This document shows positions 19,332 through 28,585 of a stretch of DNA of 64,000 bases, in pieces. A program made the position numbers and the translations under genes. Position 1 is the first letter of the stretch. Each line of letters opens with the position of its first letter. The notes below the pieces were generated by a model that was not told the origin of the DNA, did no database searches, and saw nothing but the letters and a program-made list of their open reading frames with translations. The stretch covers positions 5,748 through 69,747 of the forward strand of contig CANJZQ010000009.1 in the NCBI GenBank assembly GCA_947479535.1, written 5' to 3'. This stretch comes from Oligoflexales bacterium (GTDB lineage: Bacteria; Bdellovibrionota_B; Oligoflexia; Oligoflexales; RGVZ01).

Positions 19332-19694
19332 TCAGGAAAGTCGTTCTTCCCAGCCCTTGCGCTTGAAAAACTTTCCGCGAAATTTCTTGTGGTTTGGATT
19401 TTCCACAACGAATCCCCGACCCCGTTCATCATCAACCCAGTTGATGGTCGATCCGCGGACATACTTGGCCGTGTCCTGGTCAATGATGGTGACCACATCG
19501 TCAAATGCCTCGACGAGATCCAAGTCCTGGCGGGAGTCAAAGCTGACTCCGTACTCAAAGCCGTCACAGCCCTTTGCTGAAAGATAAACGCGCAGGTCAA
19601 GCCCTGCCCATTCTGGATTCCCGGCACGCAGGGATCGGGCGGCTTCGAGGGCGCCTGCGGTCAAAGTGACCAGTGGTTCCTGGTTCATTTTCAT
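19332..19694 (-). CDS. HesB/IscA-like A-type domain protein lacking the C-terminal CGC
   Basis: LRVYLSAKGCDGFEYGVSFD, GSTINWVD..G.GFVVENPN; contains only one Cys. Confidence 0.85.
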   Translation of the reverse strand: MKMNQEPLVTLTAGALEAARSLRAGNPEWAGLDLRVYLSAKGCDGFEYGVSFDSRQDLDLVEAFDDVVTIIDQDTAKYVRGSTINWVDDERGRGFVVENPNHKKFRGKFFKRKGWEERLS

Positions 19695-20377
19695 ACCTTC
19701 AACGAGAACGGTGTGAAGTTGGTGTCGTAGTCGTAATAATCTTCGTTCTCTGCCCGTTTAATGGCAGCTACCACGCGGTAGGTCAAGGGTGTCGCAAGAA
19801 CTTCCCACAAGACCTTCAGGGCATAATTGGTCAGGGCGACCGTGACGAGGGTTTCGTTGCTCCAGATTCCGATAAAGGCGAGCGGATAAAAGATTGTTGA
19901 ATCAACGGCTTCCCCAAAAACCGTGGAGCCAATGGTGCGGACCCACAAGAACTTGCCTTTGGTCCAGATTTTCAGCTTTGCCAGGACAAATGAATTTGTG
20001 AATTCGCCGGCGAAATAGGCAATCATCGAGGCAGCGACGATCCTCGGGGTTGATCCGAAGACCTGCTCGATGGCGGACTGGCCTTTATAATCAGCCGCGG
20101 CCGGCAGGTGAATCACAACCCAGGTCATGAGGGCCGAAAAAATGAGGGCACCAAATCCGGTCCAAACAACCCGCCGGGAGCGCGCATAGCCATAAACTTC
20201 TGTCAGGATGTCGCCAAAAAGGTAGCTGATCGGGAAAAACAAATTGCCTCCCCCAAAGGTGAGACCGCCAACCGTGACCACCTTGCTCACGCCAATCAGG
20301 TTTGAGCAAAGCAGCACGGTGACGAAGACGGCCATGATCAGGTCGTAATATTTGTAGACGCGGCGATGTTCAGACAT
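19691..20377 (-). CDS. yhhQ: Queuosine precursor transporter (YhhQ/VUT family)
   Basis: FPISYLFGDILTEVYGY, RIVAASMIAY..GEF.NS, RTIGSTVFGEAVDS, K..E...TP. Confidence 0.92.
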   Translation of the reverse strand: MSEHRRVYKYYDLIMAVFVTVLLCSNLIGVSKVVTVGGLTFGGGNLFFPISYLFGDILTEVYGYARSRRVVWTGFGALIFSALMTWVVIHLPAAADYKGQSAIEQVFGSTPRIVAASMIAYFAGEFTNSFVLAKLKIWTKGKFLWVRTIGSTVFGEAVDSTIFYPLAFIGIWSNETLVTVALTNYALKVLWEVLATPLTYRVVAAIKRAENEDYYDYDTNFTPFSLKV

Positions 20378-20455
20378 TGCTTTGGTCCTCAGTCTTTCCG
20401 GGGTAAAATCTGTCGGTTGGTGGAAACCCTTAGCGCGTGTGGGAATCAATTTACC

Positions 20456-21937
20456 TTGCTACGTCAATCAGGACAATGGAAGCGGTGGTTTTTGCTGGCG
20501 TCTTTGCTCGCCCTAACCTCCCCGATCACCTCTCCGACCATCGCCGCTGCCCAGTCGTATAGCTGGTTGGCCTACGGGGATTTCCGTGGCCAGTTTGAGC
20601 CTTGCGGTTGTGATCCTAAAACCGATCTTGGCGGGGTGCAGCGTCTTGCGGGTTTCGCCCAACGCGAGAGGGCCTTGAATCCAGAGGTTTCTTTTTTTGA
20701 CCTTGGCAACAACATCACGCCGCCCGGCGCAGAGGGCGACCGGGCCACGCAGGAAATCAAAGACCAATATATTTTAGAGGCACTCGTCCGGATCAATCCA
20801 GCCGCCATGCTGCCCGGGCGTTTTGAATTGCTGCGTGCAAAATGGTTTGGCGATGCTTGGAGCCGTTTAAAGTCCCAATCAAAAGCGGGCGGTCCCCTGC
20901 CCTATGTCCTCTCAAACCTGAAGGATGCGTCTGCCCCCCAGTGGTTGAAAGAGACTGCAAGGGCGTACATCAAGGTCAGCGGCATGGCCGTGTTTGGTTT
21001 CACCTGGGACAAGAGGCTTGCGTCATTCTTGTTGCCAGCAAATTCACCCGATGGAATCAAACGTTTAAAGATTCTTACTGCCAACGAAGAACTCAAAGGC
21101 CTGCACAGGATTCTTCTCTTCAGCGGTCCTGATGATCAATTGAAAGCCCTGCTCAAGATGAACCTCTTTGATGAGGTGATATCGAACAACCGTGCATCCG
21201 ATGCAGCGAAGCCGGATCAACCGGACCGGGTCAACGAGGCCCGCACCATTGTCCGCATGACTTCTGCCCGGGGCGAAAGGGTTTTGCAAACCCAGCTTGG
21301 CGGTCAAGGTGTCTTGCGGGGTGGCGCAGCCAGACGGGCAGAAGCAAAACCACTCGACGTCCTTCTTTCAAGCAGTAAAACCAGCCCTGGTATTACGGCT
21401 CTGCTCTCGTCCAAACCAATCAGCTGGCTTGAACGGGATTCCCTGAATCCAGATGTCTGGCGAGGTTTTTTTGCTGCTTATGAAGGCGCCCTGAAAGACA
21501 GCTTTGGAGAACGGGCCAAGCTCCGTTTGGCAGACTTGGCGAATACGCCCTATGCCGGGTCACAGGCCTGCAAGGGGTGCCATGGCCAGGCCTACGATGT
21601 TTGGTTGAAGTCAAAGCATTCAAATGCCTTCCAGGATCTGATCGCGAAAGGCAAAAACCACGATGCCGAATGCGTCGGGTGTCACGTTCTTGGTGGGTCA
21701 GAAAAAGGCGGATTTGTCTCGCAAGAGGCATCTCCCCAGTTCATGAACGTGCAGTGCGAGAATTGCCATGGACCCCGAAAGGAACACGCAATCAACCCGG
21801 CCGTCAAACCAACTTGGAGGCCAGCAGGGAATGATTTTTCAAAAATCTGTATGGGTTGCCATCATCCGCCCCACAGTCCTGAATTCAACTACAAGGCCTA
21901 TTGGGGAAAAATAACCCACGGTCCCATGAAAGATTAA
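20456..21937 (+). CDS. Exported UshA-like (CGC motif) domain fused to a c554-like tetraheme cytochrome
   Basis: Signal peptide; GQFEPCGC..DLGG, FFDLGN; four CxxCH motifs (CKGCH, CVGCH, CENCH, CMGCH). Likely TTG start at 20456. Confidence 0.85.
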   Translation: MLRQSGQWKRWFLLASLLALTSPITSPTIAAAQSYSWLAYGDFRGQFEPCGCDPKTDLGGVQRLAGFAQRERALNPEVSFFDLGNNITPPGAEGDRATQEIKDQYILEALVRINPAAMLPGRFELLRAKWFGDAWSRLKSQSKAGGPLPYVLSNLKDASAPQWLKETARAYIKVSGMAVFGFTWDKRLASFLLPANSPDGIKRLKILTANEELKGLHRILLFSGPDDQLKALLKMNLFDEVISNNRASDAAKPDQPDRVNEARTIVRMTSARGERVLQTQLGGQGVLRGGAARRAEAKPLDVLLSSSKTSPGITALLSSKPISWLERDSLNPDVWRGFFAAYEGALKDSFGERAKLRLADLANTPYAGSQACKGCHGQAYDVWLKSKHSNAFQDLIAKGKNHDAECVGCHVLGGSEKGGFVSQEASPQFMNVQCENCHGPRKEHAINPAVKPTWRPAGNDFSKICMGCHHPPHSPEFNYKAYWGKITHGPMKD

Positions 21938-22218
21938 TTTTCAGGCGTGCTGCAATCGACGATGAGTGGCGAACAGTAGTAACTCGTCGTCAAGACTCCA
22001 GTGACAACCTCTCCTGGATAGCAGGTGATGTTGTTGGTCAAACGCCTCGTTCCCATTCGCACCGTGCAGTTGCCACGTTTGAGGGGGTCCGTATTCTCTG
22101 CGGAGTTATCGCTGTTTTGAGCATGGCTGGTGACGCTGGTGAGCGCAAATGCGAGGGCAGCCCCAAGACCAAGGCCCGCCAGAAAAACCCCAAATATTTT
22201 TTTCTTAAAAATTTTCAT
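21934..22218 (-). CDS. Small secreted 4-Cys protein
   Basis: Signal peptide MKIFKKK...TSHA; motif C..GEVVTG....Y.C; ATGA overlap with the upstream gene. Confidence 0.7.
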   Translation of the reverse strand: MKIFKKKIFGVFLAGLGLGAALAFALTSVTSHAQNSDNSAENTDPLKRGNCTVRMGTRRLTNNITCYPGEVVTGVLTTSYYCSPLIVDCSTPEN

Positions 22219-23705
22219 GGTGTCTCCATTTCTTGAGGTCCGTAAATCCAAAAAGATTCATCTAAAATGCGCCATGCAGATTTCTTGGCGGGGGAAATAA
22301 GTTTTAATCCGAACTTTTCGGGTTCTGGTACCCGCCAATTTGAAACAAAGAGGGGACCATCTTTTTTACCCCAATTTGGGAATCTGGAGAGCGTCGAGGT
22401 TAGAATCTGATCGATGGTAATGGAACGCTTGAATGCTTGATCCGTAACAGAATTTGATTTCTTATCCCAAAAATCAAAAGTCCCCTCACGATTGACCACC
22501 GGATACCAGAATTTCCGGTCGGCGGACAAGTACGGCAATATGGCTGTGCAATTTCGCGGAATCCAACACACGACCTGACGGCCGCTGGCTGGGGCGGAGT
22601 TAAGAACCACTGCCGCTTCATGGGCGTCGGAAAAATTCCCAGTCGCCTCGAGCTCCCACACGCTGGCGACAACTGGTAAATTCCAGGCGCAGACCATCCA
22701 CATGGCAATAGGCGCGAGGCGGCGACGGTGAAACAGCGGTAGCCCAGCACTAGCCCGTGTTGGAGTTGTCATCCATAGGCACGCGCACAGCCAGACTAGA
22801 AAAAGACCGGAATGGCGGGGGCTCCCGCTATAATATTTAAAGACAAATATGGCCCCGATGATGCCCGCTCCCGCAAGGAATAGGCCTGCAGTGCGATCAA
22901 ATTCGCGGATTGAGGCAAGGATCAAGGCATAAACTGAAACGGCGAGGACAAAAGTAAGGGAGGTCGCCGGTTCGAAGGGAAGGATGCTCTGAGCGATCGA
23001 ATCACGAAAGTTCATGGGTATGAAATGCTCAAAGAAGTCTGCCGAGAACTGGCCCTTACCGGAAGGCCATAGGATTGCCACTGACAGGACGAAAAGAAGC
23101 AGAAAAATTCGCTCTGATTTGAGCCATTCCCTAAAAAAATTCACCCATCTTTTGTTTTTTGAGAAATCCGTGACGCCGCGGTCGAAGAACAGCACGGCAG
23201 CAAGCCCAAGGAAATGCACTGTGCTGAAACACATCAGTGTATGCGACAGTAGAAGTCGAAAAGAGTTGTGTCGCTGCCTGGATTGATAATTCGCGGAATA
23301 GAGAAACAGGCCGAGAATTCCCAGGCTGTAATTTCGTGCGATCACCGGAAATTCGTATGAGAAAACAAAAGACAGCACGACGGGGGCGATGAAAATCAAA
23401 TCGAATCCAGATTTAAAAATCAACAGTCCCGTTGCAAGGCACATCGCAAGCAGGTTAATTCCCTGCATCCATCTCCAACTAAGTCCTGCGGAAGCAAGTG
23501 GTTTTAGCAGCAGGTACCAAAGCGGCGGGTGACCGGCATCTGGCATGATCTTGAAAATATCGAGCAACGATCCGTCCCGCGCCAGCAGCCAGGAGTCCGC
23601 CTCATCCCGCCAAAGCTCGTGGTTGGCGGTGAGCCATATCGTCAAAACAACATAGGCTCCAAATAGAAGCCAGCGCAGGGTTATGTCACGAGATAAATTT
23701 TTCAA
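22215..23705 (-). CDS. Multi-pass membrane protein, GT-C (PMT/ArnT-like) glycosyltransferase candidate
   Basis: First-loop HELWRDE acidic motif, GHPPLWYLLLK, ARNYSLG, many transmembrane segments. Confidence 0.75.
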   Translation of the reverse strand: MKNLSRDITLRWLLFGAYVVLTIWLTANHELWRDEADSWLLARDGSLLDIFKIMPDAGHPPLWYLLLKPLASAGLSWRWMQGINLLAMCLATGLLIFKSGFDLIFIAPVVLSFVFSYEFPVIARNYSLGILGLFLYSANYQSRQRHNSFRLLLSHTLMCFSTVHFLGLAAVLFFDRGVTDFSKNKRWVNFFREWLKSERIFLLLFVLSVAILWPSGKGQFSADFFEHFIPMNFRDSIAQSILPFEPATSLTFVLAVSVYALILASIREFDRTAGLFLAGAGIIGAIFVFKYYSGSPRHSGLFLVWLCACLWMTTPTRASAGLPLFHRRRLAPIAMWMVCAWNLPVVASVWELEATGNFSDAHEAAVVLNSAPASGRQVVCWIPRNCTAILPYLSADRKFWYPVVNREGTFDFWDKKSNSVTDQAFKRSITIDQILTSTLSRFPNWGKKDGPLFVSNWRVPEPEKFGLKLISPAKKSAWRILDESFWIYGPQEMETP

Positions 23706-24639
23706 CGATGAGCCCTGCAGCCGTTGATGGTGCGATGGTGCCTTGTGCCACGGCGGCTTCCGATTCGGAGATCAATTCAGCCAAAGTGGGATTACGTTTG
23801 ACCGCATCCAACAACTGGTCTTGCACTTCCTGGTGGAACCAGTGGAGCATCTGTTGCTTGCGGCGTGATTCAAACCTTCCGTTGGCTTTGCTTTTTGTGT
23901 GCGCTTTTAAAAGGGCATCAAGGATACTTTCGATGCCACTTCCTGTGACACTGGAGCAAGCAATCACCTCTGGTGCGGGTTGTCCTGAGGTTGCAAAATA
24001 AGACAGGGCATTCATGAGTTCTGATTGAGCCTTGCGGGCTGAGGGCAGCAGTTCGCCATCGGCTTTGGTGACAATGACAAAATCGGCAAGTTCGAGATTT
24101 CCCCGTTTGATGCCCTGCAGGTCATCCCCGCTGTTTGGTTGATGCAACAAAAGAAAGAAGTCGACCATGGATGCAACGGCACTTTCGGATTGGCCGACGC
24201 CAATGGTTTCCACGATAACGACATCATGTCCGGCGGCTTCGGCAAGAAAAATACTTTCACGCGTTTGCCGGGCAACACCGCCCGCGGCGTCGCCCCCCGG
24301 AGAAGGCCGGATGAAGGCCATCTCGTGACGCGATAGTTCTTCCATCCTTGTTTTGTCGCCAAGGATACTTCCCCCGCTGATGCGAGAGGTCGGGTCCACG
24401 GCCAATACGGCAAGTTTGTGCCTTCCCTGCTGCAGGAATTTTTGACCGATGGCCTCGATGAACGTGCTTTTTCCAACTCCTGGGGGACCGCTGATTCCAA
24501 TGCGCAGGGATTTTCCGGCGTGCGGCATAATGGATGTCAGGAGTGCGCTTGCAGCTCTGTGATCGCGCTCGGCATGGCTTTCGATCAAGGTTATCGCACG
24601 CGCCAGGGCACGGCGGTCACCGGCTAACAAGGGCTTCAA
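23686..24639 (-). CDS. meaB: Methylmalonyl-CoA mutase-associated GTPase MeaB/ArgK
   Basis: RALARAITLIES, GPPGVGKST, AVDPTS...GGSILGDKTRM, ETIGVGQSE, TKADG. Start uncertain (TTG at 24639). Confidence 0.94.
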   Translation of the reverse strand: MKPLLAGDRRALARAITLIESHAERDHRAASALLTSIMPHAGKSLRIGISGPPGVGKSTFIEAIGQKFLQQGRHKLAVLAVDPTSRISGGSILGDKTRMEELSRHEMAFIRPSPGGDAAGGVARQTRESIFLAEAAGHDVVIVETIGVGQSESAVASMVDFFLLLHQPNSGDDLQGIKRGNLELADFVIVTKADGELLPSARKAQSELMNALSYFATSGQPAPEVIACSSVTGSGIESILDALLKAHTKSKANGRFESRRKQQMLHWFHQEVQDQLLDAVKRNPTLAELISESEAAVAQGTIAPSTAAGLIVEKFIS

Positions 24640-24649
24640 TAATTCGGGT

Positions 24650-26788
24650 TCATTTTTTTTCGAGGGCACGGATGATCTCCGTTGCGGCCACAGAGATTTG
24701 AGTCCCTGGGCCAAAGATTGCAGACACGCCTGACTTTTTCAAAAAAGCGTGGTCGCCTTCGGGAATGATTCCGCCGACAATGACCCGGATGTCATCCGCC
24801 TTTAGTTTTTTCAACTCGGCGATCAACTGCGGTATCAGGGTTTTATGTCCTGCCGCCTGGGACGAGATGCCAACCACGTGAACATCGTTCTCGACGGCCT
24901 GCCGGGCGACTTCTTCTGGAGTTTGGAAGAGGGGGCCTATATCGACATCGAAACCAAGATCGGCGAGTCCCGTGGCGATGACCTTTGCTCCGCGGTCGTG
25001 GCCATCCTGCCCCATTTTGGCGACAAGGATTCGTGGTTGGCGCCCGTCCGCTTTGGCGAAGGCGGCAACCAAATCACGCGCAGCATCGAATTGAGCGTTA
25101 TTTTCCATGCCTCTAGAATACACGCTGCGCACCAATTGTGTACCTGGCTTGTGGCGTCCAAAGACGCTGGCGAGTGTTTCTGAAATTTCGCCGACCGTAG
25201 CACGCACGCGCGTCGCCTTGACGCTTAGCTCGAGGAGGTTTCCGTTTCCTTCGGCTCCCTTTTTCAGGTCAGCCAGGGCCGCGGCAACCTGATTGGAATC
25301 GCGCCGCGCACGAACTTCTGCCAAACGTTTCTTCTGTGACTTAAGCACGGCATCGTTATCGATGCTCAACACTTCGACCTTGTGGTCTCCCGTGCTGTCA
25401 CTGAAGTATTTATTGACGCCAACAATGACATCCCGTCCGCTATCGATCCTGGCCTGTTTGCGGGCTGCCGATTCCTCAATTCGCAATTTTGGGATTCCAG
25501 CCTTGATGGCAGCAACCATACCGCCTGCATCCTCGATCTCTTTGATCAACTCCCTTGCGCGCTGCACAAGATCTGCGGTGACGCGTTCAATGAACCAACT
25601 GCCACCCAATGGATCGACAACATGAGTGATGTCGGTTTCGTCTTGCAGGATAAGTTGCGTGTTGCGGGCAATGCGCGCGGAAAAATCGGTTGGCAGTCCA
25701 ATGGCTTCATCGAGGGCATTGGTATGCAAAGACTGGGTTCCACCAAGGACTCCGGCCATGGCCTCGATCGTGGTGCGGATGACATTGTTGTAGGGGTCTT
25801 GCTCGGTCAGAGAGTATCCAGATGTTTGGCAGTGGGTGCGCAGCATTGCCGATTGTGGATTTTGCGGATTGAAGGGTGCGATCAATTCGTGCCACAGGGT
25901 TCTTGCAGCGCGTAATTTTCCGACTTCCATGAAGAAGTTCATGCCAATGGCAAAAAAGAAGGACAAACGGGGCGCAAACTCGTCGATCGCCAGGCCGCGC
26001 GCCATGGCAAGGCGCACATACTCCAGTCCATCTGCCAAGGTGTAGGCAAGTTCCAGTGCCGAGTCAGCCCCAGCCTCTTGCATGTGGTATCCACTGATGC
26101 TGATGGAGTTGAACCGCGGCATGTGCCTGGTCGCGTATTCGATCACGTCAGCGACAATACGCATGGATGGTTCTGGCGGGTAAATGAACGTGTTGCGCAC
26201 CATGTATTCTTTCAGGATGTCATTTTGAATCGTTCCCGAAAGTTTTTCTGGCGGTACGCCCTGCTCTTCTCCGGCGACAATGTATCCGGCCATGATGGGC
26301 AGAACCGCTCCATTCATCGTCATCGATACACTCATCTCGTCCAATGGGATTCCGTCAAAGAGTATTTTCATATCTTCAACTGAATCAATGGCCACACCCG
26401 CTTTGCCAACATCACCAATCACGCGGGGATGGTCGGAGTCGTAGCCCCGGTGGGTCGCCAGATCAAAGGCGACGCTGAGGCCCTTTTGCCCCGCAGCCAG
26501 ATTTCGCCGGTAAAAGGCGTTGGATTTTTCGGCGGTCGAAAATCCTGCGTATTGGCGGATCGTCCATGGCCGGTGGGTGTACATCGTGGCGCGCGGGCCA
26601 CGGGTATAAGGAGGAAAACCCGGTAAACCAGGACCCGTCTTGCCAGCCAGATCGCTCACGTCAACGGCCGTATACAGGGGCTTTGTCGCGATGCCTTCCG
26701 GGGTCATCCGGTCCAGGGATTTTGTTGGCTTCCCAGACAGTTCCTTGGCGGCCAGTTTTTCCCATTTTTGTTTGTCTTGATCTGTCAT
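24650..26788 (-). CDS. scpA: Methylmalonyl-CoA mutase (B12-dependent)
   Basis: [27 protein letters not shown], base-off motif QDGHDRG, FGPGT. Confidence 0.96.
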   Translation of the reverse strand: MTDQDKQKWEKLAAKELSGKPTKSLDRMTPEGIATKPLYTAVDVSDLAGKTGPGLPGFPPYTRGPRATMYTHRPWTIRQYAGFSTAEKSNAFYRRNLAAGQKGLSVAFDLATHRGYDSDHPRVIGDVGKAGVAIDSVEDMKILFDGIPLDEMSVSMTMNGAVLPIMAGYIVAGEEQGVPPEKLSGTIQNDILKEYMVRNTFIYPPEPSMRIVADVIEYATRHMPRFNSISISGYHMQEAGADSALELAYTLADGLEYVRLAMARGLAIDEFAPRLSFFFAIGMNFFMEVGKLRAARTLWHELIAPFNPQNPQSAMLRTHCQTSGYSLTEQDPYNNVIRTTIEAMAGVLGGTQSLHTNALDEAIGLPTDFSARIARNTQLILQDETDITHVVDPLGGSWFIERVTADLVQRARELIKEIEDAGGMVAAIKAGIPKLRIEESAARKQARIDSGRDVIVGVNKYFSDSTGDHKVEVLSIDNDAVLKSQKKRLAEVRARRDSNQVAAALADLKKGAEGNGNLLELSVKATRVRATVGEISETLASVFGRHKPGTQLVRSVYSRGMENNAQFDAARDLVAAFAKADGRQPRILVAKMGQDGHDRGAKVIATGLADLGFDVDIGPLFQTPEEVARQAVENDVHVVGISSQAAGHKTLIPQLIAELKKLKADDIRVIVGGIIPEGDHAFLKKSGVSAIFGPGTQISVAATEIIRALEKK

Positions 26789-26863
26789 GGCTTCATTTTT
26801 CCAGTTTATTTTCGCCGGTGCCGGGAACAATGTTCCTTCGTTTCGCGCCTCAATTAACGTAGC

Positions 26864-28453
26864 ATGGGTCGCGGTTTGAGGGCGAAGGGAACCATCGTGT
26901 CATTATCCATGTTATCTGTTCTGCGATCATTTTTTACTGAATCGACCTGGCACGGATTTTCCTTTGCTGAAGGCTTGCGCTTCGTCGAATGGACGATCAC
27001 GATATTTGCAGCCCTGAGCATCCTCAGCCGCAAGCGTGATCCTGTGGCCTGCCTTGGCTGGCTTTTGGCAGTTGTGGCGTTCCCTTTTGTTGGATCAGCA
27101 CTTTATATCCTTGGTGGAGTTAGCCCCTACGAGGCTCTGGCCCGTCGCCGCCGGGTGTCTTCACGCCTGGTACGTTCAGAGGAACCCCCTGAGGTTCGTG
27201 CCTTTGCCCGCGCTGCCGCACTAGAAGAGCTTGAATCAAGCGACTGCCAAGGGTTTGAAAACACCACGGCATGGTCGGGTTGGGCCGCCGGCCACGGATT
27301 TTTTTCCAAGACAGGCGTCGATTTTTTAGAAAATTCCACTTCCGTTTATGCGGCGTTCGAGTCCGCCATCGTCAATGCCGAGCGCTATATCCTCGTTCAA
27401 TTTTACCAAATTGTGCCCGATGCGGTTGGCCGTCATTTCTACAGCCTCTTGGCAGAAAAGGCCCGTCAGGGTGTCGCTGTTCACGTGCTGTTTGACGCGA
27501 TGGGCTCTTACCGGATCAGTTCCAAGCATTTGAAAATGGCGCGGGCCGCCGGGGTTCACATCCATAGTTTTATGGGGTTTCACCCGCTCAAGCGCCGCCT
27601 GCAAATCAACTGGCGAAACCACCGCAAGCTCCTCATCGCCGATGGCAAGGTGGCTTTCGTAGGTGGACTGAATTTGGGCGAAATGTACCTTGAGGGTCAG
27701 GACTCGGACAATCCCGTGTGGCGGGACGTGCATTTTAAGCTTCAAGGGGATTTGGCGACGCATTTGGAGCGTGTTTTTCGTGAAGACTGGCACTTTGCCA
27801 CGGGCGAGGCTTTGGATTTGACCAGGGCTTCCGCCACCCTCCTTCACGAGCTTGAACACGGCGGAAAAAAGTCTGCGGAAAATCCTCCCTCAGGATCCGA
27901 ATTTTCGGCCCTGTGCTTGTCGGTGGCATCTGGACCAGCAGACAGTCGGGCGGCCTTTCATACGAGCCTGCTCAGTGTTTTTTACGAGGCGAAGCGGCGT
28001 ATTTGGCTGTCGACCGCCTACTTTGTCCCGGACAAGACCCTTCTTCAGGCCATGCGCCAGGCGGTTGCCCGTGGCGTCGACGTGCAGCTCGTCATCCCGC
28101 GCCGTTCCAATCACCCGATGACCGACTTTTGCACGACCTCCTACTACCAGGAACTTCTGGATATTGGCTTGACCATCCACCATTTCAACCCAGGGATGCT
28201 GCACGCCAAACTTCTAATTGCAGACGATGACTTGGTTCTGACGGGGTCGTCCAATCAGGACTACCGCAGTTTTTTCCTCAACTTTGAACTGGACCTGCTC
28301 ATGCGTGACCGGGCTTTGATGGGCCGCATAGAGACGTACTTCAATGATTTGTTTGCAAAATCTTACGTTCTGACTCGTGAAAAAGTCGACTCGGACTACC
28401 GTTCTCTGATGCTGCTGAGGCGGATCAGCCGGCTTTGCTCGCCTTTAATGTAG
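26864..28453 (+). CDS. cls: Cardiolipin synthase (PLD family)
   Basis: Two HKD motifs ([16 protein letters not shown]) and N-terminal transmembrane helices. Confidence 0.9.
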   Translation: MGRGLRAKGTIVSLSMLSVLRSFFTESTWHGFSFAEGLRFVEWTITIFAALSILSRKRDPVACLGWLLAVVAFPFVGSALYILGGVSPYEALARRRRVSSRLVRSEEPPEVRAFARAAALEELESSDCQGFENTTAWSGWAAGHGFFSKTGVDFLENSTSVYAAFESAIVNAERYILVQFYQIVPDAVGRHFYSLLAEKARQGVAVHVLFDAMGSYRISSKHLKMARAAGVHIHSFMGFHPLKRRLQINWRNHRKLLIADGKVAFVGGLNLGEMYLEGQDSDNPVWRDVHFKLQGDLATHLERVFREDWHFATGEALDLTRASATLLHELEHGGKKSAENPPSGSEFSALCLSVASGPADSRAAFHTSLLSVFYEAKRRIWLSTAYFVPDKTLLQAMRQAVARGVDVQLVIPRRSNHPMTDFCTTSYYQELLDIGLTIHHFNPGMLHAKLLIADDDLVLTGSSNQDYRSFFLNFELDLLMRDRALMGRIETYFNDLFAKSYVLTREKVDSDYRSLMLLRRISRLCSPLM

Positions 28454-28585
28454 GGCCAACCTTGGAGTTTACGCTTTGAGCTCAAGGAATCGTTCTTGAG
28501 GTTCATTTTGAGATCGATTATCAATATCCTGTTACCTGATCTGGATACTCGCATCGCCATTAGTTGCGTGAAAGGTCCGCCCATC

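Noticed and set aside
20378-20455. preQ1 riboswitch upstream of yhhQ
   Set aside because: No preQ1-I stem-loop with an A-rich tail is visible, and the short gap is shared with a divergent gene.
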